Below, piece by piece: positions 24,520-39,520 of a stretch of 64,000 nucleotides of DNA (the first letter of the stretch is position 1; each line of letters opens with the position of its first letter). The notes beneath the pieces are model-generated. The model was not told the DNA's origin, made no database searches, and saw only the letters and a program-made list of their open reading frames with translations. The translations under genes and the position numbers were made by a program. The stretch is from Narcine bancroftii. Its lineage: Eukaryota. The stretch spans positions 162,812,001 to 162,876,000 of the forward strand of contig NC_091470.1 in assembly GCF_036971445.1 (NCBI RefSeq), read 5' to 3'.

Positions 24520-24950
24520 CACAGTCATAGAAACATTGTGGGAGAGAAGGAGGCCGTTTGATTCATCACATATGTTTCAGTATTTAATAAGATTAGGGCT
24601 GATCTGATCATTAGCCTCCTCTTTATTTCTTTTTCCTTATTCCTATCTCCTTTGATTCCCATATTGTCTAAAAAATGTCTGTCTCACCCTTGAATTATTT
24701 AGTGATTCTGCATCTGCTCCCATCCTAAATAGAGAATGCCAAAGATTCACAGCCTTCTGAGAGAGGTTCCTCTTTATCTCAGTAATTACTGGTCGGTCCT
24801 TAATCCTGACAGCATGTTCCCTAGTCTACACTCCCCCATCAAGTATATCTTATATACTTCATCTCTCATTTTTCTGAATTGCAGAAGGCACAGGCCCAAA
24901 TTGCTCTGTCTTCCCTCATACGGCAATCCCTTAATGCCAGGACTCAATTG
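24520..24950 (-). mobile_element. Decayed CR1 LINE 3' end
   Basis: Begins with a catagaaacat...aggaggccgtttg tail motif and shows degenerate similarity to 36770-37262. Confidence 0.55.
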
Positions 24951-27900
24951 AGATAATTTACTGTTTTAGCGTTTATGTCCATGAGATCCCAAGAAGGCAC
25001 TTGAACAACATACTAGTCCATCAGGAAGAGGTGTTATTCTGTCCAAATTTTGGATTTGGTTTTAGTTGTGGGATTAAGCATTAAATTGATTCACTTTGTT
25101 CTGGATTGGTAAATTATTTTAATTATTAACATAATAATTTTTTAACTGCATTAAAATATAATTAAATACTCAATTTTTGTAATAACATTGAAAATACTGG
25201 GCGAAAGTTCTACAAAGGTGAAAAATTTAGTACTACAAATGATGCTTGTGGCAGGGATGTATTCAGTTCTTCAGCATTATATTTCAAAAAATTATTAATC
25301 AGAAACTATTCACCCCTGCTCACCTCTATTCCTGATATTATAAACTTTATTCCATTTTAAGTGGCTCACCTTAAACTCTGCTGACAATGAAGAATGACTT
25401 GCTGAATTCATATAAGAGTTTGACGAATTTTCATTTGAACTACATAATTTTGAGGATCTGTTGGACAAATTCACACATAATCCCAAATTACTTCAAACAG
25501 AGTCCATGAAACAAAGGACTCTAATTCATGCAGGTGATTTTTTTTTAACATCTATTAGAGTTGCTGCCTTGTATTTTCTTCATACTTTTTGGGTGCTTTG
25601 TCAGGTTGTCAGGGTTGGTATGTCATAATGTCAAACCCCTTTGTGCAAAAGGAAGATTTTGGATTTTCCTAAAAATGCAATGTAAATTGCCGTCACATAC
25701 ACATCCTGTATAAATATTATTCTCCATGTTCAGTTTCCTCTTCTTGCCAGGCATGGTTCTGCAAGGAATGCTGATATTAAAGACACAGATGCTGAGAAGC
25801 AGCCATCAGTCTTTGCAAATGCACTTAATAGTTACCTGAAAGGACAGGCTAAACCTGAAGACTCCTTTCTCCTTGTTACTGAATTGTTATCTCGCTCTTT
25901 GCCATTTTGTTTTTGCTTATTTATTCCTTCAATCGATACAATGTTCCCTTCCATGCCATTTCATCGTGTGAAATAGAATAAGACAAAGAGCTTGATTGGG
26001 ATACAGTCATAAACAGAGTCTAGGAACTGCTGAAGATAGCTGCACCTCTACTGCATGTCAATGACAAAGCTTTTTTCCCCCCAGACGTAGATCTTACTTC
26101 AGAGACACAGCAGCACCAGTGGTCAAAGTTACTAAAGCACTCAAATCCTATACCAGTGGGTCCTTCCAGTTATAATTAGCAGACATTTATATCATCAGTC
26201 AGTTGGCAGTGCACAACAAGCAAGTATTCAATGTATTGCTTAGGAGAGCTGACCAATTCATATTGTTGACTTTGGAGCTAGCACAACAACGTGATGATAT
26301 ATTTACAGAGTGTTTCAAATTCTAATGCTGCACCCTTCAATCAAGTATATTGACATACTCATATTTGCAATCATTTTCTCAAGGAAAGTTTAATTTAATA
26401 TTGGGCAGTGCACAATGAAAATTATTTTTGTGAGTATCCTGACGCTCATTAAGAAGTTACTGGGAGTATTTTTTTGTGTGGATAATTCCGCAACTACCAC
26501 GGCTATTAACAAAGGCAGGTGTCTAGATCCAGACAGAAGACAGAATCGGATAATGTCTCTTTCTTATGAACGTGAACTGATCTGGATTAGAGTAATCAAG
26601 TGACCATTTCCAGGTGAAATACAATATCTGGTTGATGTAGCAGCCATTGGGAAATTGGATAGGATTATGGAGCCTGACATCTTTCTCACATCAGATGTTC
26701 AACCAATTACATCATCACTTATACAACATTCATTTCCGGCCTTGCTGGCATAAATTGGTGCTTTTGTGTGCAACTTTTGATTGTCATTCAATGGTCACAT
26801 TACAACACAAGATGTATTACCTTACATATTTTGTTCTTTACATAATTTAAAGGAAACTCCACTGACATGAGTAGATCCGAATGACCAACTTCAGATCTGA
26901 CCATAGGGTTCACTCGAGGATTATGCACAGAGTGACTTGAAGTTGTCAGTCTGCTCCAGCATTTAGTTGCCAAGATATTCATTCAGGCTGACACTGCTGG
27001 ACATAGCAGTATGGAAATGACTGGTGGGTTGGGAACCTTGGGGTAGGAGGCAAAAACACGTTTATCATTCCGTACGGTTTCAGAGTTACCAAACCTGGCC
27101 CAGATCCCTCCAACAAACAATGTATTTGGGGACAGATATTTGTCAATCACTGAGATATATGAATTGCAGCAGGCAAGACCTCAGATAAACTCCTGTGCCT
27201 GGACTGCTCATGGAGTTCAAGGTCACTTTAATTCTGAGCATCCTCATTACTTCATCCTTAAAAGCATCATATTTCTGCCATGCCTCCTGACTTGCTGCTC
27301 AGAGCTGCCACCCAGGCCCCAAGTTCATGAGATCTTCTTCCACTCTGATCACAGAATGGCAGCTGATTCGCTGACTTTACTTACTAGTGCAGTATCCACA
27401 GAAGTGTTATCGTTTCTGAGATCCAGTTAGATTTCAAACTTTTCGACGGCTCATATTTAATGGATCTGCAAAATAAAAATCCAGCATATCCATTAAGTGA
27501 TATTATTGTTGGAAGGAAGTTTTGAGACAAAGCCTCAAAATTCTGGAGGAGTTCTACTGCTCTTCTAGTGTAATGCTAGAGGGAGTGCACTATTAGACAA
27601 CTTATTGCTGGTTAGTGAGCTTGTAGATTTCTTCTCTTGTGGATTCTCTGCAGATTTGCATCCATGAATCCATGCTCCACTTGAACAATAAAATAAGCCC
27701 ACTGTTGCAGTTTGCCAAAGATTTATTGGAGTGAATTCCTCTTGTACTTCAAAAATATACATTTTATTTTCTGTCTCTCACTGAAGAGTGGGACATGGTG
27801 ATAAAGATGGGATTAAAACTATGAACATTATCTTGGATAGGACATCCTGAACAACAGTGATAACCTTTTGCTTACATGCAAAATTGTTTTAATAATGGTC

Positions 27901-29929
27901 ATCTGAAGTGCCTTGAGGCATTAAAGTTGCAATATCAATCATATCTTTAATTCTAAGCAATTGCCAGGAGGTATTTGAGAAAAAAAACCTTCCAAATGAG
28001 TTTTTAGAATAGTTCTATGTTGATAGAATGATTATTTATTAATGCATAGGATTTTTTTCCTGTCACTATGTTGATATTCACAATCAAATAGAATGAACTA
28101 TTTGACAAGGTTCTTCTGAAGATCTAATTTTACAAACTGAACGATTGTAAGTGATAGATGTGAGTGTGCCACAGTGCACAGTATGTACAAGAACCGTAAC
28201 TTGTTAAATGGTCCATACAGGTAATGACAAGAATCCTTCAACACTTTATCTCTTGCATTAAGGAGCGGAACGTAACTTCCAAGACAAGCTCAATATTAGA
28301 CAAAAGTAGCATTCAGCATGCTGGAGCAATAACATTTCTGGAATGTTGGACAGAGAAAACTCAAGAGTTCATGGTGAAGAATTTTGGACACACAGAAAGT
28401 TTTACCTGCAACATAATGTCCAATAGGTAAATGATTGTAGGACCTTCAATCAAAGACAAAGTGTGCAAGATGAAATGGTTTGATATTTAAAATATAAACA
28501 GTAATTGTTGGAAAGGCAGACTTTAAAATGTTAAATTCCCTTTCTCTTTCCAACGTTGATCAATCCTCATTAAATATCTGCCCACGTTTATTTTGGACTA
28601 AATTTTGGGCACTTATTATCACTCCCATTATATCCTGACCGCGACCATGTTTGATCTGCATCCCGTAAAATAGGTCAAGCCCACTTTTGCTGAGTTCCAC
28701 CAAGCCTTTCAGCAGAAGGGCTACAGCAGTTCAAGGTGGGTCTCAACACCTTTGCAAGGATGTTTAGGAATGGAGAATAAATGCTGGCTTTGTCAGTGAA
28801 TGTCTAGATCTTGAACAATGAATGAAGGAAAGGACCAGTCTATTTATTTGCTCTCCAAATCTTTTACCCTGATGAAAGATCATTCGGCCGTATCAGTTAT
28901 ATTCAGGTTCGACTTTTCCACCACACAAATTGGAATTTGCAAGCATTTTAGTTATCTTCTTGGACAAGCTTTCTGTGACATATTGAACTGTTTCCTTCCC
29001 AGCACAGCATTTAAAATATTTTTAAGAGTATGGGTGTGGTCTTTTAACCTCACAGAAACCTCTTAGCCCGATTATTGAGACAGTGTAGACTAAAATATCC
29101 ACTCAAATATGTGAGGCTAACCTCACGGATGGTATTTGGTTGCTAGGGCATGTTTAGATTCAAGGATTGAAGTCACCTTGGATGATATTATTTACAAATT
29201 CATTAATATGGTTCTCTTTTTATGACCGATAGAAATGCACCAAACACGCCTTAAAAAGAAACCTATTAAAATAATGGAAAATAAATTTCACTCAAATATA
29301 TCAACATGTGTTCCTAATATTACACAGCATGATTCAACCACATTGGACTCAAAACTCTTGGAAACTGTTGGAGGGGGAGAGAGAGCAGACATTCTTCTGA
29401 TTTCTTTGGATTAGAATAGTGATTCCATGACCTGCCATTGCAGTGAGTGTCTCAAGAGAGGTTTTTTTGTCCTTTAAAATGAAGAACAGAACATGCCACG
29501 TCAGTGACTAGACATGTCCAATGAGCATTCTGTGCAATATTTGTCATATCTCGATTACCATATAATGCCCAAATATGTTCATTATACTCATTTCATATTT
29601 TAAAAATGAATAAGTTGTTTGCATCCAGAGTTATAATCATTTGCTAAACATGTGCATACAATAAAAAAATGCAGTTCTTCATCCTGCTATAATAAGATGG
29701 CTATTTTCTTCTGAAAAGTATGAATCGGAAGCAGAAAGAAGCCACTTAAACCTGCTCCATAACTTATTAAGGTCATAGCTGATGTGGTTTTACTGTCACA
29801 TCTACATTTCAGACTACCTTCAATAATTTTTCACCCCTTGTTAATCATGAGTCTATCTGCCTCCATCATAAACATAACAAAAGTCTTCTTCCACTACTAT
29901 TTGAGGAAAGGCAATAAAATGAATCATTG

Positions 29930-30620
29930 AGTGATTGAGTCATATTGCATGGAACAGACCCTACAGCCAACTAGTTAGTCCTGACCAAGTTGGCACGCTA
30001 GGCTTGTCCCACTTGCTTGCATTTTTTTCCATATTCTTCTAAATCAGTGGTTTTGAATCTGCCCCCCACCCCCGAAACTCACATTCCACCTTAAACAATC
30101 CCAATGCCATAGGTGCTCTGGTAAGGGATTGCTTATGGTGATATGTGAGTGGGGAAAGAAAAAGTTTGAAAACCACTGATTTAATCATACCTAATTGATT
30201 CGTTATGTGCGCCATTTCGTAACTCCAAAAGAAATGGGCCAATGACAATTTTTCTCAAGCAAAATATTTCAGTAACAATTGGTCGATAGCAATGATTCTC
30301 AAACTTTTCTTCCCACTCACGTACCAATTTAAGTAATCCCTTACTAATCCCAAAGCATTTATGGCATAGGGATGGCTTAAGGTGAAATGTGAGTTTAGGG
30401 GGCAGTTTGAAAACCACTTTTCTAAAACCTTCTTACCCATATATCTCTACAAATAGCTTTTGAATGTTGCAATTGGAGTCACTGCCATAGTTTTCTCTGG
30501 TAGTTTGTTCCAGATATAGATGATTATCTAAAATGTAAAGGTTGCTTTACTTTCCCCTCTTAAATTTCCCGTCTTTACCTTGAACTATGCACTCTAGCTC
30601 TGGAATCAACAACCCTCTTT
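29930..30620 (-). mobile_element. CR1-type LINE 3' end, interrupted by the compound MITE
   Basis: The sequence ...ccatattcttctaaa | ccttcttacccatatatctc... is contiguous once the MITE and one TSD copy are removed. Confidence 0.6.
30045..30419. mobile_element. Compound hAT/Charlie-like MITE, second copy (opposite orientation)
   Basis: Same two units and the reverse-complement spacer as 3798-4169. TSD ttctaaat/ttctaaaa matches at 7 of 8 positions. Confidence 0.8.
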
Positions 30621-30739
30621 TGACCCTCCAAAAGAGAGAAAAAAAATCAACCCATCTCTGTCTTAAATAGGGGGGAGGGGGGATCCCTTATAATTTAAGT
30701 GTGACTTCTAATTCAAGATTCTCCCATCAAAGAACAAGT

Positions 30740-31080
30740 TAAGGTTCAAATTTATTATCATCTGATTGTATAAGTACAACTGGACGAGATGGTGTTCTTT
30801 AGTCCTCGGTGCAAAAACAGACAAAGCACACAATCAGACAAATGATACATATATATTAATAAATAAATACTGTTAAGCAAATAGTGGTTTCGGAGGGGTT
30901 TTATGAGCAGTTCATTAGTTGTTCAGCAGTTGGATTGCCCGTGGGCAATCTCAGTCTGGTGGGTATGGCTCTAATACTCCTGTATCACTTTTCTAGGGTG
31001 AGTAGTTGAAAGGTGTTGGGTGCAACAATCCCGGTAGATCGCATCGATGGTGGGTAGGGATATCCCAGCGATCTACATTC
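30740..31080 (-). mobile_element. Rex1/Babar LINE 3' end fragment
   Basis: Tail ttcaaatttattatcatctgattgtataagtacaac is shared with 57515-57580, and atactcctgtatc is shared with 58152. Confidence 0.55.
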
Positions 31081-32099
31081 TCCATCTGTCAAAAACTCAT
31101 TTAATCTCAAAAGCATGAAAAAAAAAACTTTAATAAGAAGGCCACAAACTCTCCTGTTGGTGGAATCAGATAAATTGCAAAATGGCTGTCATAGTTTATA
31201 TATGAGGATATTGAATACTTTTCAAAGAAAGTATTCTATTGACTACATGATGATTTTAATTAAGCCATGCTGAAGTGGTGCATGTGGCTATAATAGAGCA
31301 AGTGGGGTTAATTTACTCAAAGCATAGGCTAAATAAAGAGCAGAGGAATTGATGCCGGAAATAATGAAGAATTGCTCCTTCTATGTCGTCAAAGTAGGAG
31401 GCGTGTCAACGATGCCATGAGGCAGTAAACCACTTGCACACAAGAGCAAAACAAATGCAACCATTTGCTGTGCATTTTTCTCAAATGTTATTGGAAATGA
31501 ACTTCAGAAGAGTTGTAAGACCAACTAATTAAGTAAACAACAGAGATTGAACACTGAACTTGTTGAGATGCAATGCTCATTCCCAATGTCTGTCGTTGTT
31601 TTAGCTTTGAAGCTCAATATCATTAACTGTCCAGCAATTCTCCATTCAATGTTGGGATGCCTTAATGCAACAGAGTTGATGGGCTATGTCTTGAGGTACA
31701 CTCTGCGGTTCTCCGCTGTGGCAGAGCTCACAAGGAAAATGCATTGTTCGAAATAAGAGATGTTCTATGCATTTTAACACAGCTTTGGGCTTTTTTCTGT
31801 TTCAATTGAAAAAAAGTGGTAAGAAGTGCAAGAAACTGGCTAGAGTGATAAATGGCAGGTTAGACACTTGACAAAGGAACATGTTTCTTAGTTTAAACCC
31901 CCTCTGATGTATGGTAGCGCACACAAAGCCACATTCAGTCTTTCAATGCGTCCAAAATTCTAGGCCTTGGCAACATAGGCTAATAAATAAATCTTGCAAC
32001 AATGGCAATCCTGATGGCTGAGGAACATAACTAGCTCTTTTATTTATCTAGGGTAGGAATTAACAGCTCTGCAAAGCTTCACTAGGTGGTGAGTCTGTG

Positions 32100-32356
32100 A
32101 GATATTGATCCAGGAGACATCCAGTTGTACATTTTCACATCTTACATTTAACTGTCTGTGCACCAAATCCCAAAAGGTTCAGCAAATTCATTGTCCCCTC
32201 TCTGCTTCTCTCTTCTTTGAGTCACTCCTTTAAATCTGCATGTGCCTTGCATTATTTTGAGTAGCATGGTGTGAATTTTGCGTAATTATGCTTCTGTAAG
32301 CCACTTGGGATATTTAACAAGGTCAAAAGTGATATAAAAATGCAAGTTGATGCTGA
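32100..32356 (+). mobile_element. Old L2-type LINE 3' end
   Basis: ctgtaagccacttgggatattt...gatataaaaatgcaagttg resembles the elasmobranch L2 tail. Degenerate. Confidence 0.4.
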
Positions 32357-35300
32357 ATCATGTAGTTGAGGAAGGTTACTGGTGTCATTTCTAATGATTT
32401 ATTTATGACAGATTTATAACTAGCTCAGGCTGCAGTTGATAGTTGATTGTAAGGATGAATTATAAAATACATTTCTTATATTGCATAACATTGGCGATAT
32501 GTTTATTTGGTGGAGATAGTAGCAGGATTACAGGACCTTAGTTTAAAGTCTGGTTCGGAGTAACTGAATCTTTATTTAACAGCAAACCTGCTTAAAGCTG
32601 ATCGAGGAATGCTCATTTTTCCCGATAGCAAAATGTTCCTCAGCTCTATCGCCCCTCACCTTGGTGAGAACAAAATTCCAGTGAAGAGGTCATTTTAAAT
32701 GCATCTGCTTGGCTGGCATATTAGTAGCAATGGAATCACAATATTAACGAATATACTTGCATCAGCGCCAAGTGAAGTCACTAATTCCTTTTGAACACCA
32801 AGCAGGAAACCCTTACACAGCACAGCACTCGAGGTTAGGGAATTGCAAAGTTTATTTTCTTTTATTAGTTTTTCCATTGCTTGGTTGCTGTCCAGAAATT
32901 ACTGTACAAATATTGATTTCTGGTAAGGTGAAAGTGAGGTGAAAATGGCCCTGTTGCATTCTCGTAACTCCCTATTTTTCCCAACATGCTTCCTCATGAT
33001 GGAACACGGCTTTACAGCTACTGGTAAACTTCTGCTACATCACCCAAGTGACCACTCTGTATGTATGGCCCTGAGCTCAATGAATGTTAACAAGCCATTC
33101 GATCAATTGGGCTTTTAGAACCAAATTCTTCCCTTGCTCTCACACACTCGCTTCCAGTAGTGTGTTTGTTGGCCATTAGTGGGGGGGAGGGTTGGGTAGT
33201 TGTGGGATCCATGACATAATAAAAGGACTTAGCTGACGTAGGAGATAACGGGACTTAGCTGAAATTTCTTTTCTTAATGTCGCCAGCTGTAAATTTTTAT
33301 ATCAAATGATGCATTTGTAAAGATGTTACTGCTTCGTGCTGTAATTGTTTCTTTGCTAATGGCTTCAGCTTCAAGGTCAGTATTTTTCAGGAAAGAGCAG
33401 AGCTAATCTTTCCCAAAGCATGAACATTACCTCAGGTTGAATATGCTTCTCCCCAGGCACTGCTCCTTCATTGGGGACTGTTTAATTTGCTGAATTTCAT
33501 GAGCCATTGTATTTTTTTGGCAGTGACCTTTGCACTGGCGACCTGATTTGACCTTCGGCGTCCAATGGGGAAAGCCATCGTATGGAAAATGAATGTCACA
33601 ATCACAAAAAGATTCAGAAAACTTTACAAATAAATTGAATCTTGAAATTACAGCATGTGGAATTGAGCTTGCGTCCCTTAACTTGTTCCCATTAAATTCA
33701 TTACTGCACAATTATTGTTATGCACTGGGCAACAACCCATGTAAAATAAATAGTAGAAATGTTAATCATTTATTCACAGCACAATATAAAGTTTTACATT
33801 TGTATCATAATTACACATATAGACAGAGAAAAGAATGATAATTTATCTCGTGGCATGTAATTTCCATGCAGAAATGACTCAAAGATTATTTGGTGATGAT
33901 GGAGCATTAAGAATATCCTTTATTGAATAAGACCATTACATTTTTATATGTCCACAAGATCATTCCTCAGTTGAGCATTTTATCTGAAAAATGACTGTGA
34001 AATATTCTCTTGCTACTTTTTCTTGGTTTGGATGATGTGCTTTTGCTTGAAGCAAGCACAATCTTCTGACTTGGAAGGAAATTATAGCCCTTCATAAGGC
34101 AAGCGGTCAGAAAGGCATTAAAATTTTCATTTGAAAGATGCAATTACCACTCAATAATAGCATATAAATTCATTAGTATTTACTGAAGATTTACGGTTTG
34201 AATAAGATAATTTATCCTTTGCTATAATCTATGTACCAGGCACCTGCGATTTCCATTGACAATCATGTTGCTTACAAGAATACTTTCCACAAATTGGTGC
34301 TAAAGGAGCTAATGTGTACAAGAGCACTACACATAGAGACGTTCTGCTGGAGTTGTTAATTATGCCTGAAAGTCAGTTAAGTAGTATACTCATAAAATAA
34401 CTTTTAAAGGCCATTAACTTCACAGTAAAAGCATTTGCTTTGGGTTTTTGCAAATTGATTTTAAATAATGGGGGAAAAAAAAAATGAAGTGCATTATTGA
34501 AGCAGAGCACCTGCTAATGAAACTGGTTTTGTAGCAAATCCACTCCCTCCACAACCCCAGTGCGAACGTGGTACTAATCTGGCAGGTTTCTTTCTTTATA
34601 TGACAGTTCACTTCTGACATAGCGGTTAGTGCCTGCCTGATAATAACTGAAATCTTTCATTTTGTGAGAAAACCTCTTTAAGTGGAGGTTTAGGAGGTTG
34701 ATATATGAAACCCCAGTTAAAAGAACCATCTTTTGTCTCCTTCCTTTTAATTTGTCTATTTTCATCTCCCATTCTGTCTTGAGTTGGTCATTGCTTCCCC
34801 TTTTCGCCTTTACTCATTTTTCTTCCTTCTCTTTTTTTTGCCTTTCCCTTGGTCATTTAAAAAAAATTCTATTCTCACTACCTTAACCTCTCTGTTGCTC
34901 AGGTCTTTCCTTTTTCCTTTCCTCTTAAGCTCTGTGCTCCTCTTTTCTTTTAGTTAGTTCTCTTTTCTGTCTCCCCAACTTGCATTCACATTTTCATAAC
35001 TTAAATTGAAGGTGCAAGTGTCTCCAATTAATGAAGCCTGATTTTCTGCCTCACGCCCCTTGCCAGCACCAGTTACTCAGTAACTCAGAGGGATGGTCAC
35101 ACTCTATAATTTGACTCCCAATTCTGACCCTGAGATGCCCTCCCGGGTTACATACAGGCTGATTTTCTACACACGTGCAATGAAATGATCTTTGTTTTAG
35201 TTTGTGTATTGGGGAGATGGTGTCGGAGCATGAATATCTAAGCCATAGAGTAGTCGAACTCAGTACATCTACATATATATGGTGCAAGGAAGGAAACATA

Positions 35301-36769
35301 ATGTAATAGTAGAGTTTTATTTTAATCTGTTCCTGTGATCCACTCTTCTACGTTCTGTGTTCTATAGTTTAGTTTGTTTCTATTTTAGCAGTTCTCAGAT
35401 CATCTCTCCCACAGATGCTGACCCATGGCAGACAACTTGTTATGGTGTTCTGCAGCATATCACCTGAGCAGAGGGAAACTGTATCATATAGGAGCTTGGC
35501 CTTCTCACCCAGATGAACTGTTGAATTGAGATAGTTGGCCTATCCTGAGCTATGAGTGGGATGCACTAAACTACAAATACCATGCATTGGGCCCTGTTAT
35601 TAGACACACATGAGTATAGATACTGTATGTGGTATGGTGGATCAACACTGAGCTTGAAGTCCTCTGCTAACGGGGGGGGGGGGGGGGTGGGGGGAGGAGG
35701 GATTATGGGAAAGTAGCTCCTTACATTATCTTGTTAATGATTTATAACATTCATATTCAGATTGTTTTCATAAAAGTATAATACACACATGTTATGATTG
35801 TTATGCAAGGACTGTGCTTGTAATACAGTTCCTTGATAGGAAAGATTGGACACATAGCTGGGCTCTGAAATACAGTGTCCATGTCATCGCATGGCCCTCT
35901 GACCATAAAAAGCAAAACTGCTGGGTCTTTAAGACAACTGAAGCTTTATTAGGTACGTGATTAATGATTATGCTCATTGAGCAGTGGGGAAAGAAAGATT
36001 ATTTGAACATTTTCCAAAGAAATCTGGTTATTTTAGTCCGAGGCTCTGAAATGAGTCTGCAGCCATTAATTTTGTCATATTTCATAATCCCAGTCATTAA
36101 CAATAATCATTTTGGCTGACATTTTTTTCCTGAAATTAACCTTGCCCTAAATATATTAATCATTTTGCAGAGATCAGCCAAGTTTATCAACATTTTTCAT
36201 TGAGCTTAATGCTAGCTTGAAACGTCCAACAATATATACAGGTAGGATCGATCAACACTGCAGCACATTGAGTGTCACAATAAGTTTAAATCATCTTTTG
36301 AGGCCTCTAAGGTAGATCTAGATTTCTAGTTCAATCTCAACCAGTTAGCTTCTTACTGTATCATGGGTGGCATCCCTCTCTCCAAAACAACTTTGAATTT
36401 CCCCTTAAATCCATTGAACAATTTATTTCAATGATTTTGTCAGTTATTACCACATGTTTAAAAAAAACACAAATTGTTAATTTTGTTCTTAGTTTTAAAT
36501 TTATTTGAAATGCGTGCCAACCATTCTTCCTTGACAAAATTAAAGAATAAACCACCATAAAACATCTTATCATGAGTTCTGGTGATATTTTTTCCATTTG
36601 CATATGATTAAGTCAAACAGCAGCCAAGTACAATTTTCATTTTCATCCTAATGTTAGATGTTGATATTAGTAATTAAAAATGACGTGTCTGCTGTGTTGT
36701 GTTATATCATTGATCTTTACTGAACCCTTTCTATTTAAACTTGGCCAAGCAAAAGCAGTTAATAGACAT

Positions 36770-37262
36770 TTATTGGCTCAACTCCACCTACCTGCCTTTT
36801 CCCCATATCCCTTAATTCCTTTTTTATGTAAAAATCTATCTAACTGTTTAATGAAGTAGTCTCAACCGCTTCCATGGGTAGATTCTCTACTTTCTGGGAG
36901 AAACAGTTTTTCCTCATCTCTGTCTCAAATCTACTCCCCTGAAACTTGAGGCTGTGTTCCCTAGTTCTGGTCTCACCTTCCAGTGAAAACAATTTTCCTG
37001 CCTCTATCTCATCTAGCCCTTTCTTAATTTTATATGTTTCTATAAGATCCCCTCTCATTCTTCTGAATTCGTGTGAATATAATCCCAGACAGTTTCGTCT
37101 CTCCCTCATCTCCGGGATCAACCTGGTGAACCTCCTCTGGACAGCCTCCAAGGGCAGTCTATCCTTCCTCAAGTCTGGAGACCAGAACTATACACAGTAC
37201 TCCAGGTGCGGCTTCACCAGTACCTTGTACAGTTGCACCATGACCTCCCTGCTCTTGAATTT
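36770..37262 (-). mobile_element. CR1 LINE 3' fragment
   Basis: RKDRLPLEAVQRRFTRLIPEM...LGLYSHEFRRMRGDLIETYKIKKGLD...TRTREHSLK is the CR1 ORF2 C-terminus. Confidence 0.9.
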
Positions 37263-39289
37263 TTATTGAGTGATGCTTTTGCAAGTGAACATTTTATATT
37301 TTGATTTATTAGCGTTGACAGCAATCATAATCATTGTTTGTGTTCCTGCAAACATGACAGTGTAACATATACCCTAGATTGCACTTCTTCAATGTAAAGA
37401 TCAAATGGGTGTTGAGTCCTTGAAAATTTTCTGTACATCATTTAGAAAGAAAACGAATGGGCGGCATATGTGCAATTACAAAATGAGCAGTTCCAGCAAG
37501 TGTCAGTTCCCACTGGGAGCATCAAATTCAGGAATAACTCTTTATTTGTATTCCTAGTAATAGTTTATGGACTAGCTAAGGTTTTTTCCTTGGATGAACA
37601 TTCTGAGGTTTTCTTCATGTGCCTGCATGTTCTGCTTGTGTTTGAAATCACTGTAACAAACTGTGACCAATCTCAGACTGGTCAAGTTTCACAGCTAGAA
37701 CTACCCTCGTACGACAGATCAATTCACGATTCATTATCAACTCCTTGATAAATATCAGAAAATATCTTTTTTTTTCCCCTGCAAACCTGATGTAAAAGAA
37801 TACATTCTACGTTTATAAATATCGGGCACAGGAGAGGTCCCACACGAATCACCCCATCAACTCATTGGAACTATCATCATTTTTATTTCCGACTTAAAGA
37901 ATTCATTGTTCAGCTTAGAATTTTCTGCTTTACCTCAAGGGCATTTCACTAAATACCTCATTAACCTTACCAAAAGGCTTCTGAACGTACCGATATGAGA
38001 TAATTTTACAAATTTCCTCTGGGAGCACAGATCAGGAAGATGGGTATGGAGGTAAGGAGATCCCTTAGGATTTTGCTTATGCAATAGATGGAAAACCTCT
38101 GCGTCTCACTTGTGCATCTGCTTTCTATATTTTTGTTTCTATTGGTCAAAGTTCTACGTCAAAAGTCAAACCATAATGTCCTTCATATTACTGTCAAACT
38201 CACAACCAATCTCTCAGATTTTTCTTCATGGAGCTTTGGCTCCTTTTCTCAAGGGACTGTCATTTATTTATAGCTCCAGAGGTAGTGGAGACCATTGAAC
38301 ATAAGAGGACTTGGTTAAGGTTGTGTTGAGGATAAGCTAATGAAGTCAATAATGCTCTCCACTTGTCAACCCTTGCAATTTCTAACAGCTGCCCTGGATT
38401 CAGATCAGAAATTCTGTGTTTATTTTCACTTTTCAACCTGTTGTAATGTCCTGTGTCCATGGGATAAAGGGCAGGCACCTTGGCACAACCTGGAACCCAA
38501 AATTATTTATATATTATGTGTGTTTCCCTCCACCCCCCCAACTTCTCCCATAATAAATGCCAAAATAATAGCTCTATAATTTCTAGTATCACCATTCTGA
38601 CTGAAGGGAAAAAAAAAATCAGTCATTTGACTTTACCCTGATGACCTGTGAAATATTTCTAAAACAGCCCCCTAGCTCAGCCCTCATTTCCTTAAGTATT
38701 TTTGGATTCATTCCATTGCATGATGCTTTATGAATATTCAGGGACCAGGCTTATACTGATTCATTAGTAATGTCTTTTCATCACTTGGATGTTTATTCTG
38801 TTCATTTACCAGCCAGCAACACCACCAATGTTTACATAGTACACCCAGCCGTAAAGAAATGATTTTTTTCAAAAAACTTTTGCCCTATTTTCCTTTCAGC
38901 CAACTCGCTTGCTTTCAGGAGTTTAAAATGTTCCTTTGTAATCTAACAGTTAAGAACATGCTGGCAATATATTGGGCTAGAATCTTCTGATGGAAGTCAT
39001 TACCCATGCTTCTGTTTACTCGGTCTTTGCATGTCCATGGTTTCTTTTGGAATTGTCAGCAATTGCCAGTAAAATCAGCCCCATTTATTCTACCTCTGCA
39101 AATTAGCCTTCTGTTAGGCGTCAAGAGTATCCAGTAATTTTCATTTCCACATTTTCTAAATTATCAAGAACTATATTCTGCCTTAATCCCAGAAAATTGT
39201 ATAAAACCCCATGATTAACTTGATTGTCTCGCTCACCCTACAAGTTGCACTTATGAAGCAGTTTTAGTGAACCTTCTGTGTTCACTAGG

Positions 39290-39520
39290 AGCATTGTCAA
39301 CGCAAACACTTTTTGACTGTGAGCTATGACCAAATGGCTAGATGATTAGTCAAAAGAGGTAAGTTGTAAGGAACATCTTAAAGAAGAAGAAAGAGGTGGA
39401 GTGGTTCAGGGAGGGAATTCCAGATTTCAGGCCAAGGTAGTTACAAACAGTGCTCCCAATGGTGAAGCAATTTAAATCAAGAATGTGAAGGAATCCAGAA
39501 TTGGAAAAGTGCCAAGCTTT
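39290..39520 (-). mobile_element. Old L2-type LINE fragment
   Basis: gtcaaaagaggtaagttgtaaggaacatcttaaag...agggagggaattccag; a related decayed copy lies at about 9760-10050. Confidence 0.45.
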
